Positions 38,512 to 50,886 of a stretch of DNA of 64,000 nt are shown here, piece by piece. The stretch lies in NCBI RefSeq assembly GCF_018350175.1, contig NC_058368.1:94862001-94926000 (forward strand), written 5' to 3'. Under the pieces are notes generated by a model, which saw nothing but the letters and a program-made list of their open reading frames with translations, had not been told where the DNA came from and searched no databases. This DNA is from Felis catus. Lineage: Eukaryota. The position numbers were made by a program, and so were the translations under genes. How positions within the stretch are numbered: position 1 is the first letter of the stretch; each line of letters begins with the position of its first letter.

Positions 38512-38710
38512 TTTTCTTTTTCTTAATGTTTATTTTTGAGAGAGAGAGCCAGAGCGTGAGCGGGGGAGGGGCAGAGAGAGAGGGAGACACAGAATCCGAG
38601 GCAGGCTCCAGGCTCCGAGCTGTCAGCACAGAGCCCAACACGGGGCTCGAACCCACAAGCTGCAAGAACATGACCTGAGCCAAAGTCAGACACTGACTGA
38701 GCCACCCAGG
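38512..38710 (-). mobile_element. SINEC_Fc-type SINE
   Basis: TSD gttgataggttctt. Confidence 0.92.
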
Positions 38711-39239
38711 TTGATAGGTTCTTGAAGGGTTTGTTGCGGGGACAACTTATTAATGATTCACTCTCCAAACAACACTATTTGAGTAACTGCCCTTTCTGAA
38801 CCAAACAAAACAAAACACCCAGCATCTCTCTGGAAGTTCAGCTGAGATGAATTTGTCCCTATTACCACAGAGCAATCTCCTAACCCCTCATCCCCCATGT
38901 CAGGCTGGCAACCGGAGAGGAATGGATTTTAAGTGAGACACACTCAGATGGAAGTTGCCGGAGAGAAAGGCCTGTGCGTGGATTTCTGCGTGTGGGGAAA
39001 GGATTTTTTGCCCCTCTGCCCTGTCACCCTCACTGAAGTCAGACTGTTTCTTTTCCTTCTGGGTGGAGGCCCTGGAGAAAACATGATTAACCCTGGGCGG
39101 GGAGTCACCCAGGGCAGGGGTGGGAGACAGAGAGGACAGGGAGGGCAGGGAGCACGCAGCCACAGACTGTGAGCTGGGCATGAAGGCTAGCAGAGAAGGT
39201 TCGAGAGGCGTGAGGGGATTGCCGGGCAGGAGTGTGAGG

Positions 39240-39760
39240 TTCTAATGAGTCATGTCAGCTGTTGACTGGGGATTCACAACAGCTGCGTGTGCGAGCCGAG
39301 GCACAGTCCTTGGGGAAGCAGGTGGCGGTGACGCGAGGGACGGCCTGCCCCGACCTGCCTCCATTAGCTGTAATTATTCTTGTGACTTCTGCTGGGGGAG
39401 GCTGGGAGCCAGCGGGGCCTGCGGAGACCACCAGAGACCCGCATTTTTAGCCCGTGGTCAGTCAGCTGTAAAACTGGGCCACATTTGGCAACAACAGAAG
39501 GAGCGTGAGGCCCGAAGCAATTTTTCTTTGAAATCAGCTTCTAAATTGCAGGGAGCCCAAGTAAATTGACACATTTACTAGCTTGAGCTCCTTCCCCGTT
39601 CCTGCTTCCTTGCCTCAGCCGGCCTCTGCTCACTGTAGCAGTTCTGGGCCTGGGGATGGGGGGGAGGGAGCGCTGCCCTGCCTGGGGGGCGGTGGTGATT
39701 TCTCTGTGCGCACATTTTCATTACTGACGCCAACGAGTGCTTTTCAACTCACAAACTGAA
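39240..39760. promoter_or_regulatory. Candidate enhancer
   Basis: AP-1 TGAGTCA at 39246-39252 next to TGTCA/CAGCTG; further CAGCTG E-boxes, TAATTA and retained CpGs; repeat-free. Confidence 0.4.
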
Positions 39761-39837
39761 AATGCTCCCCCACCCCCACAAAAGAAACCTGGAATCTGCA
39801 GGAGGAACCCCCCCCCAATTAAATGAAAAGCAAAGAT

Positions 39838-40047
39838 GGGGTGCCTGGGTGGTTCAGATGGTTAAGCGTCCGACTTCAGCTCAGGTCATGATCTCACAGT
39901 TTGCGGGTTTGAGCCCCATGTCAGGCTCTGTACTGACAGCTCAGAGCCTGGAGCCTGCTTCGGATTCTGTGTCTTCCTCTCTCTTTGTCCCTTCCCTGCT
40001 CGTGTCCTGTCTCTTTCTCAAAAATGAATAAACTTTAAAAAAAAAAA
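39838..40047 (+). mobile_element. SINEC_Fc-type SINE
   Basis: Typical; flanks aaatgaaaag. Confidence 0.92.
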
Positions 40048-40425
40048 TGAAAAGGAAACAACTACCCAGTGCACATTGCACAGCAAATGCGAGTTGCACC
40101 GCGATGGAGGCCCTCTAGCCCATCCAGACTCCTGGGTAGAGAAAGCCACTTTCTTAGCCGACGTCTCTTATAATGTAGCCAGCTCGAATCCTGGGGGGTT
40201 TGCTTCCCTAATCAGAACTGAAATTACATGACAGAAGAAGGGCCTCATGAGTGTAACACTGGGTAGGTTGCCGGCATCTACTGCAACATCTGTGTCACTG
40301 AGCCTGGAACTGCAGGGCCAGGTGGGCAGCCTTGAAGCGGTGAGTGAGGAATGTGGGATTGAGAGACCTCATGTTCTAAGACTCAGGTTCCTCATTCTTC
40401 AGTGGGAATAAGAGTAACTACGTGA

Positions 40426-40622
40426 GGGCGCCTGGGTGGCTCAGTCGGTTCAGCGTCCGACTCTTGATCTCGGCTCAGGTCATGACCTCACGGTTTGTGC
40501 ATTTGAGCCCCGCGTCGGGTGGGCCCGAGCCCGTCTTTGGGCTCCTCGTTCTCTCTCCCTTTCTCTCTCCCTCCGTCTGCCCCTCGCTCACTTGCACGCT
40601 CTCTCAGAAGTATAAAATAAAT
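40426..40622 (+). mobile_element. CanSINE inserted in a MIR
   Basis: SINE head at 40426; MIR-like flanks. Confidence 0.85.
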
Positions 40623-41322
40623 ACAGTAAATACCATACGATAATAACAACTACCTGCAGGTTAGTTTGGGATTATGTGGTCACGCACCAGCCCCAGCACA
40701 CTGTAAGTGCCCCGAGCATCAGCTATTCTTTGTCATCACTGAAGATCATCAGGCTCACCTTTTGCATTCGCGGCGATGGGGGAGCTTAGGCAGTGGGGGG
40801 ATCACATCCTAGCATCTTCCTTGACGTGAGCCTTGACTTTCTGCCTCCCGTTCTCTGCACAGTCAGATAGCTCGCTGGGGCGGGGGTCGGGGGGACCTTC
40901 CCTGCCCCCAGTGAGCCTTTTGAACTCTGGCTTGTGCTCCTCTGCTGTTGTCCTCCTCCTCCTCCTCCTCCTCTCCATCTGTCTTCACGCACTGGTGGAA
41001 GTCCTCCAACTCTGGGAAACCTCCCTGAAGTCCCCGTAGGGATTCCTCCTCGCCTCTTACCAGTGTGACACTGTGAAGTCAGTCAGCTTCAGATGAACGT
41101 ATGTCACCTCTTAAGCCAGCGGGCACGAGTGGCCTTCTCTGCTTTTCTTTGCATTTTCTTCAGGACCCAGCCCAAGATCTGGTTCAACGCAAGTTCTCCG
41201 CAGATGCCCGCTTAATTTCTGGACTGCAGTAGAAGTACAGAGTGGGTTGAAAACTTGCAGAAGGATCAGAGTTTGTGGGGATGGTCTCTGGACTTGACCA
41301 AGCACCTTCTAGTGGCAGTGAA

Positions 41323-41725
41323 CGATGGGGTTCTTGGGCAAACGGCTAAGAAAGAATTCTTGAGATGTCTTTGGTGCAAAAAGGTGATTTTATTAAAGCA
41401 CGGGGACAGGACCTGTGGGCAGAGAGAGCTGCACCAGGTTGTGAGGAGTGACTGACTATGTACCTTTAAGTTTCTGGGGGTGAGGGAGAGCATTAAGTCT
41501 CTACGGAGTTTGAAAGCAAGGCTTTCAGGACCTTGAGGGGCTAGCTGCTGTTAAGATAAGGTTGCTTTTAGTCTTTAATGAAACAGAAACATGAAGGAAG
41601 TAAGACGGCCATGAATTGCTTGAGCAAGGTCACTCTCTGCATGTTTCAGGTGTCTATCAGTGGGCTGCAAGCTGTAGGGAGATTTAATTTCAGCTACATT
41701 TCTCTTGCCTGTGTTTCCCTCATCA
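41323..41725 (-). mobile_element. Carnivore ERV solo LTR (CarLTR1-like), 403 bp
   Basis: Minus strand starts tgatgagggaaacacaggcaagagaaatgtag..aaattaaat, has AATAAA, ends ccccatcg; 5-bp TSD gtgaa (41318-41322) / gcgaa (41726-41730). Confidence 0.8.
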
Positions 41726-44639
41726 GCGAACACAACACACAAGGATGAGAATGGATGTACTGCGCTGGGATTGCTGTTTCTTCCACAGGTGGGGGTGAGG
41801 AACACGGAAGTTCACCCCTCTCTTGCGTTGGCAAGCTCTGAACATGACCCAGGGCGGCAGGTTCTGCCAAGTCCTGGCCCCAGTGTGCACACAGCTCTCG
41901 GCACAGGGAACCCACTTCTCCCGCGGGTCACCCGTGGGGTCAAGGTAATGAGAGACGGAAGCAGGTTCCATTTCCCCTCCTGGTTCCAGATGTCATGTGA
42001 CCCTCCCCTCACCCCTGCAGGGTCTAGTTCATTCTTGCTGTCACCTGCATCCGGCTTTCTTCTCCACGATGGCTGACCTATAGTAACTGCACCTGGAGGT
42101 GAGACACAGAAGCAGCAGCCTGCAGGGACTGCATGGCCAGCATAGCCTGCGGTCTCCATTGCAGAAGGTCTAGCCCCCGTAAACGCTACAAATCCTCCCT
42201 TGGTAAATTACCCCCAGAGGTTCTCCTTCTCTGATCAGACCCCACCTGATCCAGTGGGTACAGCTGATCACACATGCAGACCCTCACAATTGCAGGTACA
42301 GTGGTAGCCACACCTCGCGTCTAAGAGTTCACGTGCAACGAGGCAGCATGGACCCTGCCAATCCCCATCTCAGAGGCTGTGGCGCCCACCACGCCTTTTC
42401 TCTCCTGGGCTGTTGAGGTTGGGACTGGGGTTAACGCAGAGGTGGTGGGACTTGTGCACGTGACCACAACTGGAGGAAGAGCGTGCTCAAAGGGAAGTGG
42501 ACAGGATGAAGGTTGCCATGCAAAACCTTGCTGTGACTGGCGGCGAGAGGGGCAGTGCTTTCGTTTTGGGGCAGCAGGTTGTTGCCTGGTGTCTGTGAAC
42601 TGGTAGTGGGGAGGGATCCCAGGGAATCCCATGCTGCAGATTCTGAGGGATGCATTTGCCTTCAAAGCAGCAACAGCAGCTGTACCCGGTCCTTGAATGG
42701 TGCTGCGCAGGGGCCAGCTGGGGCCGCAAGCGTTTACATAGGAGTGGCCCCTTGGGAGGCAGCACTGGAGAGTGGGGCCGATCACAGCCCTCCGGAGCAG
42801 CTAGGCTGCATGGATCCGAGGCAGGCTGAGAAAAGGAAAAACATCCAAAATGGAAGTAAAATATGCAACCATGTATATGTTCACAGGAGGAAAACATAGG
42901 GATGGGGAGAAAGGAGAGAAGTGGAAACAGTGAACCTCCCAAGACGCCCTGTTACGGAGAGATAAAATGAAACCTCCTGTCTGTCACCAGAATGCCATAA
43001 TTTTATCATTCTTCCCACGCAATGCTGTGCTATTTTGGGTTCTGGGGTTCCCCCCCACCTCTGTGTGCCCAAGATGTCTGAGAAACAAACGTGTAAGAAA
43101 ATGTTTTATTCTCCCCAGCAAGGGATGGAGAATTCATTACAGGAAGCGCATCTCCGAGCTGCCTCCTCCGTGTCATCATGCTCTGCCCTGCAGAAGATTT
43201 CGTCTGCGAGCAGAAGCCTAATGAATTTGCCCACTGTGGTCCTGTGCCCAGAAACTGAAATCCTGTTGCGCTTCACTGGTGGGATCCTTTTCCTCAGCCA
43301 CGGAGCCAAGCAGAACGGAAAAGATGGCCAGCCTCCCTTTTGCAAAGACAATGCGTCTCCCCTCCCCCTTACACACCATGCCAGTGATTTCTACATTCTG
43401 CTGGGTCTAATTTCCTTTGTAAAAGGAAAAAGGAAAAAAAAAACCCACAACAAGACAAAACAAAACAAAAGAAAGAAACTTGGAACTCTTTTGAGGACAA
43501 GGAAGGAGAAGCTGGAGGAAGGGGAAGCATTTGATGTCACCTGATTACCATCTGTTCACCAAGTTAGATATTACATCAAAGGAACAATCGAGAGCCTGTA
43601 TAAACCAGGACGCTGATGGTCGTCCTTGTACGTGTTGTGCCTCCCTTCTTGGCCTTTCCAGCCAGGCTTCCTCTGTCTCAGGACGGCTACGGCCTTCATC
43701 ACCTGTGCACCTCTTCCCACTCTGGATGAGGTCAGAGCTGCAGGCTGGGCCCCAGGAAGGTCCTGGGTGGGGTCCCCTCCATACCTCCGTGGTCGGGGCA
43801 AGCTTTCCTTGGTGGAGGTCACTCTGCCCAGAGCCCGGAGGCTGGGACAGCCCTGTACAGAGCCCACCGGAGGCTGTGTTGTTTCCAGAATGGTATTTTC
43901 AGCAGCAGAGCAAGCCAGGAAACTTAAGGAAAGAAGCTGCCATTCATCTCCAGGAGGACACAGGACAGGGCAGTAGACTGGTCACCAGCCAGCCCGAACA
44001 GCCATCTGCTAAGATCAAGTCATTTCTCCTTGGAACACGATGACACTTCAGCCTAAGAAGGGAACTGAGCCAGTTTGAGACCTCGGCTTGGGCCCGTTCC
44101 AGCTCTGATAATAAAAAGTTATGTTTTCCTCAGAGGGGTCCGTAGTGACAGGGAGAGGACTACTGCCAGGTGCCCTCAGACCTCCCCATTTCTCCTTGCA
44201 CCCCCAGACAGATGCTCTTATATCCTGCCATTTATATGCTATTCTGTGAAAGAGTCAGACCAAAGTGAGCCCTACAGTGCTTGGAAGATTTATTTTGCAA
44301 TATAAAATGCACCTCCTCTCTGTAAACCACACGACTCTCCTTTAACTCTTTACCTGGATGTTTTGCCATTTCTGTGCAAGCTGGGTGTTTCTCTGTCGCT
44401 TCTAAGACCGCATCATGTCTACCCAGAGATCTCTGATCGGTCCACTTTTTCCAAGTTCATCCATTCTTAAAGTTGAGCACAAATGCTATCTCCTCTATGA
44501 GGCCTTGGCTGAGATCCCAGAGTTCCTGCTTCCCACCCAAGGTGATCTTCTTTCTAGATTCCCATAGAATTCCCCTATTTATGGCAGACTAAATTTTAAG
44601 GATCCCATTCATTTCTGCATCACTTAATGGTTGTCTAAG

Positions 44640-44850
44640 TACATAGTACAGTGGTTAAGTATGTGGATTCTGGAGGCAGATTTTCTGGGTGCACAGCTGG
44701 GCTTACGTATTCACTGTGTGACCTGGGGCAAATCATTTAACCTGTCTGTGTACCAGTTTGTAAGATGAGGATAATAACTAACTATCACGTATGACTGTTG
44801 TACAAATTAAATGAGCAAATCTCTGCTGAGTGTGTAGAACTGGGACTAGC
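44640..44850 (+). mobile_element. MIR
   Basis: agtggttaag...ggattctggaggcaga...tgtgtgacct.gggcaaatcatttaacct.tctgtg. Confidence 0.8.
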
Positions 44851-45690
44851 AAGGCCCAGCAAAGTTGGTTGTGTTTATTAATATGATTTATTATTATTAT
44901 TTTTCCTTTAAGTTTCCTGATGGCAGGGGTCCATCTTGTCTAACTTTCTACTCTACCACAGTGTTTTGCATATTGATACATGTTTATTTACTTTGCGTAT
45001 CGATGCACATTTATTTATAAATAAATAGATGTCCAATGAATAAATAAGACTTGCGTTCCTTACAAGCTGGTCTCATTTTCCTCCATTAGTTGAGTTACAG
45101 GAGACTTGATAAAACTGATATAGACTTTAAATGATATTATTAACACACCTGTTAAATATAATACATCAGATGATCATTCTTTCTATCTAAGCTTGCCATC
45201 TCATCACTGCCCAGAGGCAGTATAGAAACCCTCTTGGTGGCATTGTGTGGAGGTGGCATAAAGCCAGTCCTGACCCTCTGTGAGTCCATAGTTCAAGTCA
45301 AGCCTTCTAGCAATAAATAAATAATAAATCACTGCTGGCCTAGGTCTCTCTCTCATAGTGCCTGGCATCTGGCAATACTGTTTGACCCGCCATGTAGAGA
45401 CGGGCCCACTGAGGCCAGATGTGGGTCCTAGAAGTAGAAGTTAGCGAATCATACACCCCCCCAGGTCTGGGAAGGGCTTTGGAGAAGCCATGGAATTTTT
45501 GTCATAGACCTGGTATGACCCCTCAAATTTTGGGAGTTGTCTCCTCACAAGTATTGCTGTCCATAGTTCTGAAGATCATTTGTAAAAGGACCTGATTGTT
45601 TCTGCTAAGCCTGGGTTCTGCTTGTTCCTGTTCTAGCTCTCTTTGGAATTCTAGAGCAGGTGAGAGAAAATATGGGGATGGGAAACAGAG

Positions 45691-45692
<2 letters not shown>

Positions 45693-45735
<43 letters not shown>
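45693..45735. repeat. (GA)n microsatellite
   Basis: Direct reading. Confidence 0.97.
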
Positions 45736-45743
<8 letters not shown>

Positions 45744-46769
45744 TTAATTACCAAGGAGAAAAAGGAGAGATTTCAATTTCAACACCTTTTCCCACTGTTG
45801 TTAACCATGAATGAGACAACCGTGGATCCCATCCAAAATATCCGTCACCCGAGGGAGGGCGAGGAACATGTGCACCCAGGGAAGACAAGGTATGTAAGTG
45901 TTGGCCCTGGGGAAGGCCAGTCTTCTGGGAGAGAGAAGGTGCACCAGCGAGGTGGGTGTGGATGATGAGAGTATCATGGCAGCCAAGTGATAGGAAGCAT
46001 TCACAGCTCTTCTTTTCTTTCTTAATGAAAAACTCACAATTTTTACATTGTGGCAGAGCAAATGGAACTGTGACTTACGATTCACGATTGATATTGTTTA
46101 ACACTTTTCTCATGTCCCTTCTGGCTCGGAGCTTTACTCAGCTTTACGGAGAGAAGACGCAGAGGCATGGGGAACCACAGTGCCCACTCTGTCCTTGAAA
46201 TCGTGTTTACAGCAGATGTTTCTTTCTTTATTTAAATTCATCCCCTGGACCTAAAAGCCTTCTCTGAGCAGAGTGGGAGTCCCCAGTTGCTTGCAGAACT
46301 AAGCGGGAAAGACCAGGTAGGCTCAGAGATCTGACTGGTCCAGGAAGGAGAGGGTGTCTTGACTAAATGACGGCGTCAAAATCCTTCCCAGTGATAGCTT
46401 AGACATGATTGTAAGGCAGTGTAAATTTCTGTATTTTGTGATGTAGTTGACCTCGGTTTATAAGCACGAGAAAACCCAGTGTGAACCCTGCCCCCAGCCC
46501 CGCAGGGATGTCTGTCTGGGGAGGGGCGGATCCAAGTAGACCCCAAAGCAGTGGTGAGCCACCCCAGGGGCTTCACTGAGTCCCTTTCAAGCCAGTAAAT
46601 ACGGCAGTTTTCTGTTGAAAGCAAGTATGATTACAGTGGTTTAAATCATTTAAGGCCAAATAAAATCTTTGCGGAGTCGGCTGAGGTGTTAAGCACGAAT
46701 GTCTTGTGAGCAATTAAAATTTCAGTCCAGATCACAGCAGGAGCAGAGCTGCAGGGAAGGCAATGCACC

Positions 46770-46870
46770 TGCCTTGCGCATGCGCAGTGGGGGAGGCTCC
46801 TTCCCGAGATTTCCGGGAAAGAGGAGGCCGCTACCCCTTGATTTCCCTCCCTGCGCGGGACAGTGGGAAG
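46770..46870. promoter_or_regulatory. Candidate promoter/enhancer: NRF1 palindrome plus STAT GAS site
   Basis: TGCGCATGCGCA at 46775-46786; TTCCGGGAA at 46811-46819; local CpGs. Confidence 0.55.
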
Positions 46871-47389
46871 GAAATTGTGTCAGGAACTGAGCTGCGTGGC
46901 ACCCTGAATGTTCCATGCAGAGCGAACCGCCCTTGGCCAGGCCTTGGCTCCCAGGCTGGAAAATCATGGTTGAGGTGTGCACAGTTTGTACCGGGAGCTG
47001 CCCTCCCACAAACTGGAGGCTGTAGATTATGAGGCAGGGCTGCCAAATCCCACGCCACGGCCTGAGGTCATCCCATGCAATATTCCCTCTGAAGACCCCA
47101 AAGCTCTTCATCCAACTAGGGGGGAGGGTAGGAGGCCCCTTCCTTGCCTGAGTACCCTGAGTACTATCACAGAGGACCCACTTTCTGCTTAGCTGAGGCA
47201 CACCACACAGCCTAGAGGAGCCCCCAGAGCCCCTAGGACCACCTTGCCCCTAGCCCCTAACATAATCCTCAGGGGGCATCAGACAGCCATTTAAAGAGCA
47301 ACCAACCTGTTTCTTATTGGATGACAGACTCAGTGCAAAATGTGGGGGGGGGGGGGGGGGGGGAGGGCATCTGGCATATCAGCCTACAT

Positions 47390-47700
47390 TTTAAAGGACT
47401 CGAGCCTTAGACCTAGCAAACCCACTTTCCAGGCATCTATGATATACAGATAGACCTGTGTATATGTTCCATGTGTGCAGAAGGCTGTTCACTATGGCAT
47501 TACAGTAGCCAAAGAGTAAAATCAAGTATTTATGAATAGGGAACAGGTAAGACACATAATGGTCCGCCACACAATGGAATACCATGCCACTATAAAAAAA
47601 AAATGGCAAATCTGCATGAACTGATACGGAAAGATCTCTAGGACATATTGCAAACGGAAAGAAGCAAGGTACAGAACAGTTTGTATCCTATACTGCTTTC
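47390..47700 (+). mobile_element. Old L1ME 3' fragment
   Basis: gacctagcaa.cccactt..., cacaatggaatac.atgc..ctataaaaa. Confidence 0.7.
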
Positions 47701-47706
47701 TAGAAC

Positions 47707-47920
47707 AGTGTTTCTTAAATTTTTCATCATCATCACCCCCCCCACCAAGAAACCTTTAAAGACATCCCTCCCCCGTGAAATGTTGATATCATGTATATCT
47801 GTCTATATGCGGCGTGTCTAATGTATATTTGTGATTTACACATAAAAAGGGGAAGAACTTTTCACTTCCCAAAATCAATTTTCACCCCCTTGGGGGTGGT
47901 ATCACCCCAACTGAGGAAGC
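47707..47920. mobile_element. Old non-autonomous hAT-like DNA transposon fragment
   Basis: Starts cagtgtttcttaaa and ends ccccttgggggtggtatcaccccaactgaggaagc; family not assigned. Confidence 0.4.
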
Positions 47921-48059
47921 CTCTTCGATAAGAAAGTGAGAAAATATATTATGAAACAAATTGGAAGGCTACTTAAGAAACTGAGAAAACTAGTTGCCTC
48001 TAAGGAAGGGAGCCGATGGGGAGATGGGCACAAAGGTGTGATCAAGATTGCCCCACATA

Positions 48060-48877
48060 GGGGTGCCTGGCTGGTTCAGTGGGTAGAGTGTGGGGCTCTT
48101 GGTCTTGGGGGTAGTGAGTCTGAGCACCCCCCAGGGTTGAAAGATGGCTTACGACTTAAAAAAAAATAAATGTAAGTTAGAGGCGCCTGGGTGACTCAGT
48201 CAGTTAAGCATCTGACCCTTGGTTTAGGCTCAGGTCGTAAGTTGGAGCCTCACATGGGGCTCTGTGCTGACAGCACAGAGACTGCTTGGGATTCACCTTC
48301 TCTCCCTCTCTCTCTCTTTCCCTCTCCCCCTGCCACTCGCCCACTCGTGCTTTCTCTCTCTCAAGAAAAATAAACTTAAAAAAATAAATATAAGTTAAAA
48401 GGATTTCCCCTTGTAGTCTCTCTTCTATTATTCTTGTCTCTGAACTTTGCAAATATATTGCCTATTGGAAACCATTAAATTGAAAGGCTGTCTACACTGT
48501 TCCCTAAACCAAGGGGGTCCCTGCCCAGGCTGGAGGCACCACCCAGAGACCCCTGCTCCTCAAGAAGAGTCTTTTGTCCTCTCAGGTTTATTTTTCAGTG
48601 CAAAAAAGATTGCAGTTTCGAAGATTGCAGCTTCTACTTTAAAAGCAGCAGTCTAGGGGTGCCTGGGTGGCTCAGTCGAATAAGCGTCCAACGTCCACTC
48701 GGGTCATGATCTCGTGGTCTGTGGATTTGAATCCCGCATTAGCTTCTGTGCTGACAGCTCAGAGCCTGGAGCCTGCTTCGGATTCTGTGTCTCCCTCTCT
48801 CTTGCTACTCCCAGGTCGTGCTCTGTCTCTCTCAAAAATAAATAAAAATGAGCACTAAAAAACAAAAAAATTTTTTT
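48060..48877 (+). mobile_element. Cluster of three same-orientation CanSINEs (48060-48170, 48181-48392, 48656-48877)
   Basis: Three SINE heads and tails; the last has TSD aaag(c/t)agcagtct. Confidence 0.9.
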
Positions 48878-50185
48878 AAAGTAGCAGTCTGTTTCAAATC
48901 CCAGGGAAGAGGTTTCCAGAGAGAGAGAGAGAGAGACAGAGCAAGCAAAATGAAGGAGGAAATCACCCGTGCCCTCTCTTCCTCCCTTGGCGAACACAGT
49001 CTGTCTCAGGGCCCTGCTGGGGAGAGGTGACAGAGCAGAGATCCATGGCCCAGGAGTTCAACCAGAGCCGGGCTGGGTCAGCTTCCTCCAAAGGAGTGTG
49101 TTTCCTCCTTCCATGGGGGGGAGGGCCCTCCCAAGGAGGAAAGGCCATGCTGAAGGTTGATTAGTGGATCAGCAATTCCATTGTGGGATTAACAGAACAA
49201 AACAAAAACAAAACACAACGTTGGACTTGCAGTTCAGTGTGTCAGCAACTTTAATTTGATTGTGTAATGAGGCACGATGGTAAACAACATCTGCATGATC
49301 GCGCCCTAACCTTCGCTTAAATATCAAACACTGTGGTGTCTCATTTGGTACAAACGCCTGCCTTTGAATGAGTTCTGTTTGGTAAATGCCCCAAAAAGTC
49401 ACCTAGGGAGGAGGCAGTTAGTACATTGGGGTCAAGTCCTGGCTGTGCCCCAAAGTCTGTAGAATGGGTATAATAATACTCAGTTTCCCCATCTGTAGAA
49501 TGGGTATAATAATACCCATCTACATGATGATGCTGTTGTGAAGAGTGAGTGATTTGACAGAAGAAATGCTTCATAAGAGGATGATATCTTCGTTGTGGGC
49601 CTTGTTACTTCTAGGAGAGGGAGGAAAGGAGGGAAGGAGTCTTGCTTTTCAGAGTAGAGGCACTCGAGTAGAGGGCACTCGGCAGCTTGCTGGGCTGAAT
49701 TGAAATGCCTCTGCCTTATTTGAGGGTGATTCTTGGAACAGACATCTCCCTTCTGGAATGTGGATTCATGCCTCAATGTTTTCAGAATGTGGAAGCCACT
49801 TGTGAGCGTATGATTTGGCTCTCCAGGGCACTATGTGCAAAACGGCAGCCTCCAAGGCTGGGTTTTCTGCCCTGTTGCCACTATTTCCCTTTTGGGCCTC
49901 CGGGCTGTCACTGAAGTTTCGTGTCCTCTCCTCTTGCCACCTCTGATTGTTGCTCTTTGAAATACACGCTGGGAAGTACAACTGCGGGAAGGCAAGCAAC
50001 ATTTCCCTCTGCTAAGCCACACGGATGCTGGGCTCTGGGCTATAAACCTTAGGAAGCTTCTTTCAGAATTGCCTGGTTCCTCAGGACATTCTCTACCATA
50101 ATAAATTACCACTGCACCATCCATCCTACTAACTGGGGCTCTAACAGAAGAATCTGACCTTTACAGTTTTAAAGTTATTTATTTA

Positions 50186-50408
50186 AAAAAATTTTTTTAA
50201 TGTTTATTTATTTTTGAGAGAGAGAGAGAGAGAGAGAGAGCACAAGTGGGGAAGGGTCAGAGACAGAGGGAGACACAGAATCTGAAGCAGGCTCCATGTT
50301 CTTAGCTGTATGCACAGAGCCCAACACAGGGCTCAAACCCACGAACCATGAGATTATGACCTGAGCTGAAGTCAGACACTTAACCAACTGAGCTACCCAG
50401 GTGCCCCT
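50186..50408 (-). mobile_element. SINEC_Fc-type SINE inserted in the pseudogene poly(A) remnant
   Basis: TSD aagttatttattta. Confidence 0.92.
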
Positions 50409-50442
50409 GAAGTTATTTATTTATTATTTAAGGTCTTTATTG

Positions 50443-50567
50443 AGGCACCTGGGTGGCTCAGTAGGTTGATCATCAGGCTCTTGATTTTGGCTTAGGTCAT
50501 GACCTCATGGTTCGAGGCTTCAAGGTACCTCTTGGGCTCTGTGCTGGCAGCATGGAGCCTACCTGGG

Positions 50568-50607
<40 letters not shown>

Positions 50608-50660
50608 CTTCCCTGACTCTCTCTCTCTCTCTCAAAATAAATAAATAAACTTAGAAAACA
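50443..50660 (+). mobile_element. CanSINE inserted at the YBX1 pseudogene polyadenylation signal
   Basis: TSD tttaag(g/a)tctttatt at 50427-50441 and 50674-50688. Confidence 0.9.
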
Positions 50661-50834
50661 AAGAAGTTGTACCTTTAAGATCTTTATTAACAAGTGTTTG
50701 CTGTTTGTTGATCTTTTTGAAAAAGCAAGTCGGAAACTATTATTATAGATTAAAAGTGAGGTTCCTAGAAATTTCAATTTGACCACGTAGGAAAAAAACC
50801 TCTAAAGGTGTGTTGAGAAAAACCAGGTTTTAAA

Positions 50835-50836
<2 letters not shown>

Positions 50837-50885
<49 letters not shown>
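50837..50885. repeat. (CA)n microsatellite within the YBX1 pseudogene 3'UTR
   Basis: Direct reading. Confidence 0.97.

Positions 50886-50886
<1 letters not shown>

Noticed and set aside
45808..45895. Possible plus-strand exon MNETTVDPIQNIRHPREGEEHVHPGKTR with AAG|gtatgt donor
   Set aside because: No promoter or partner exons identified; peptide not recognised.
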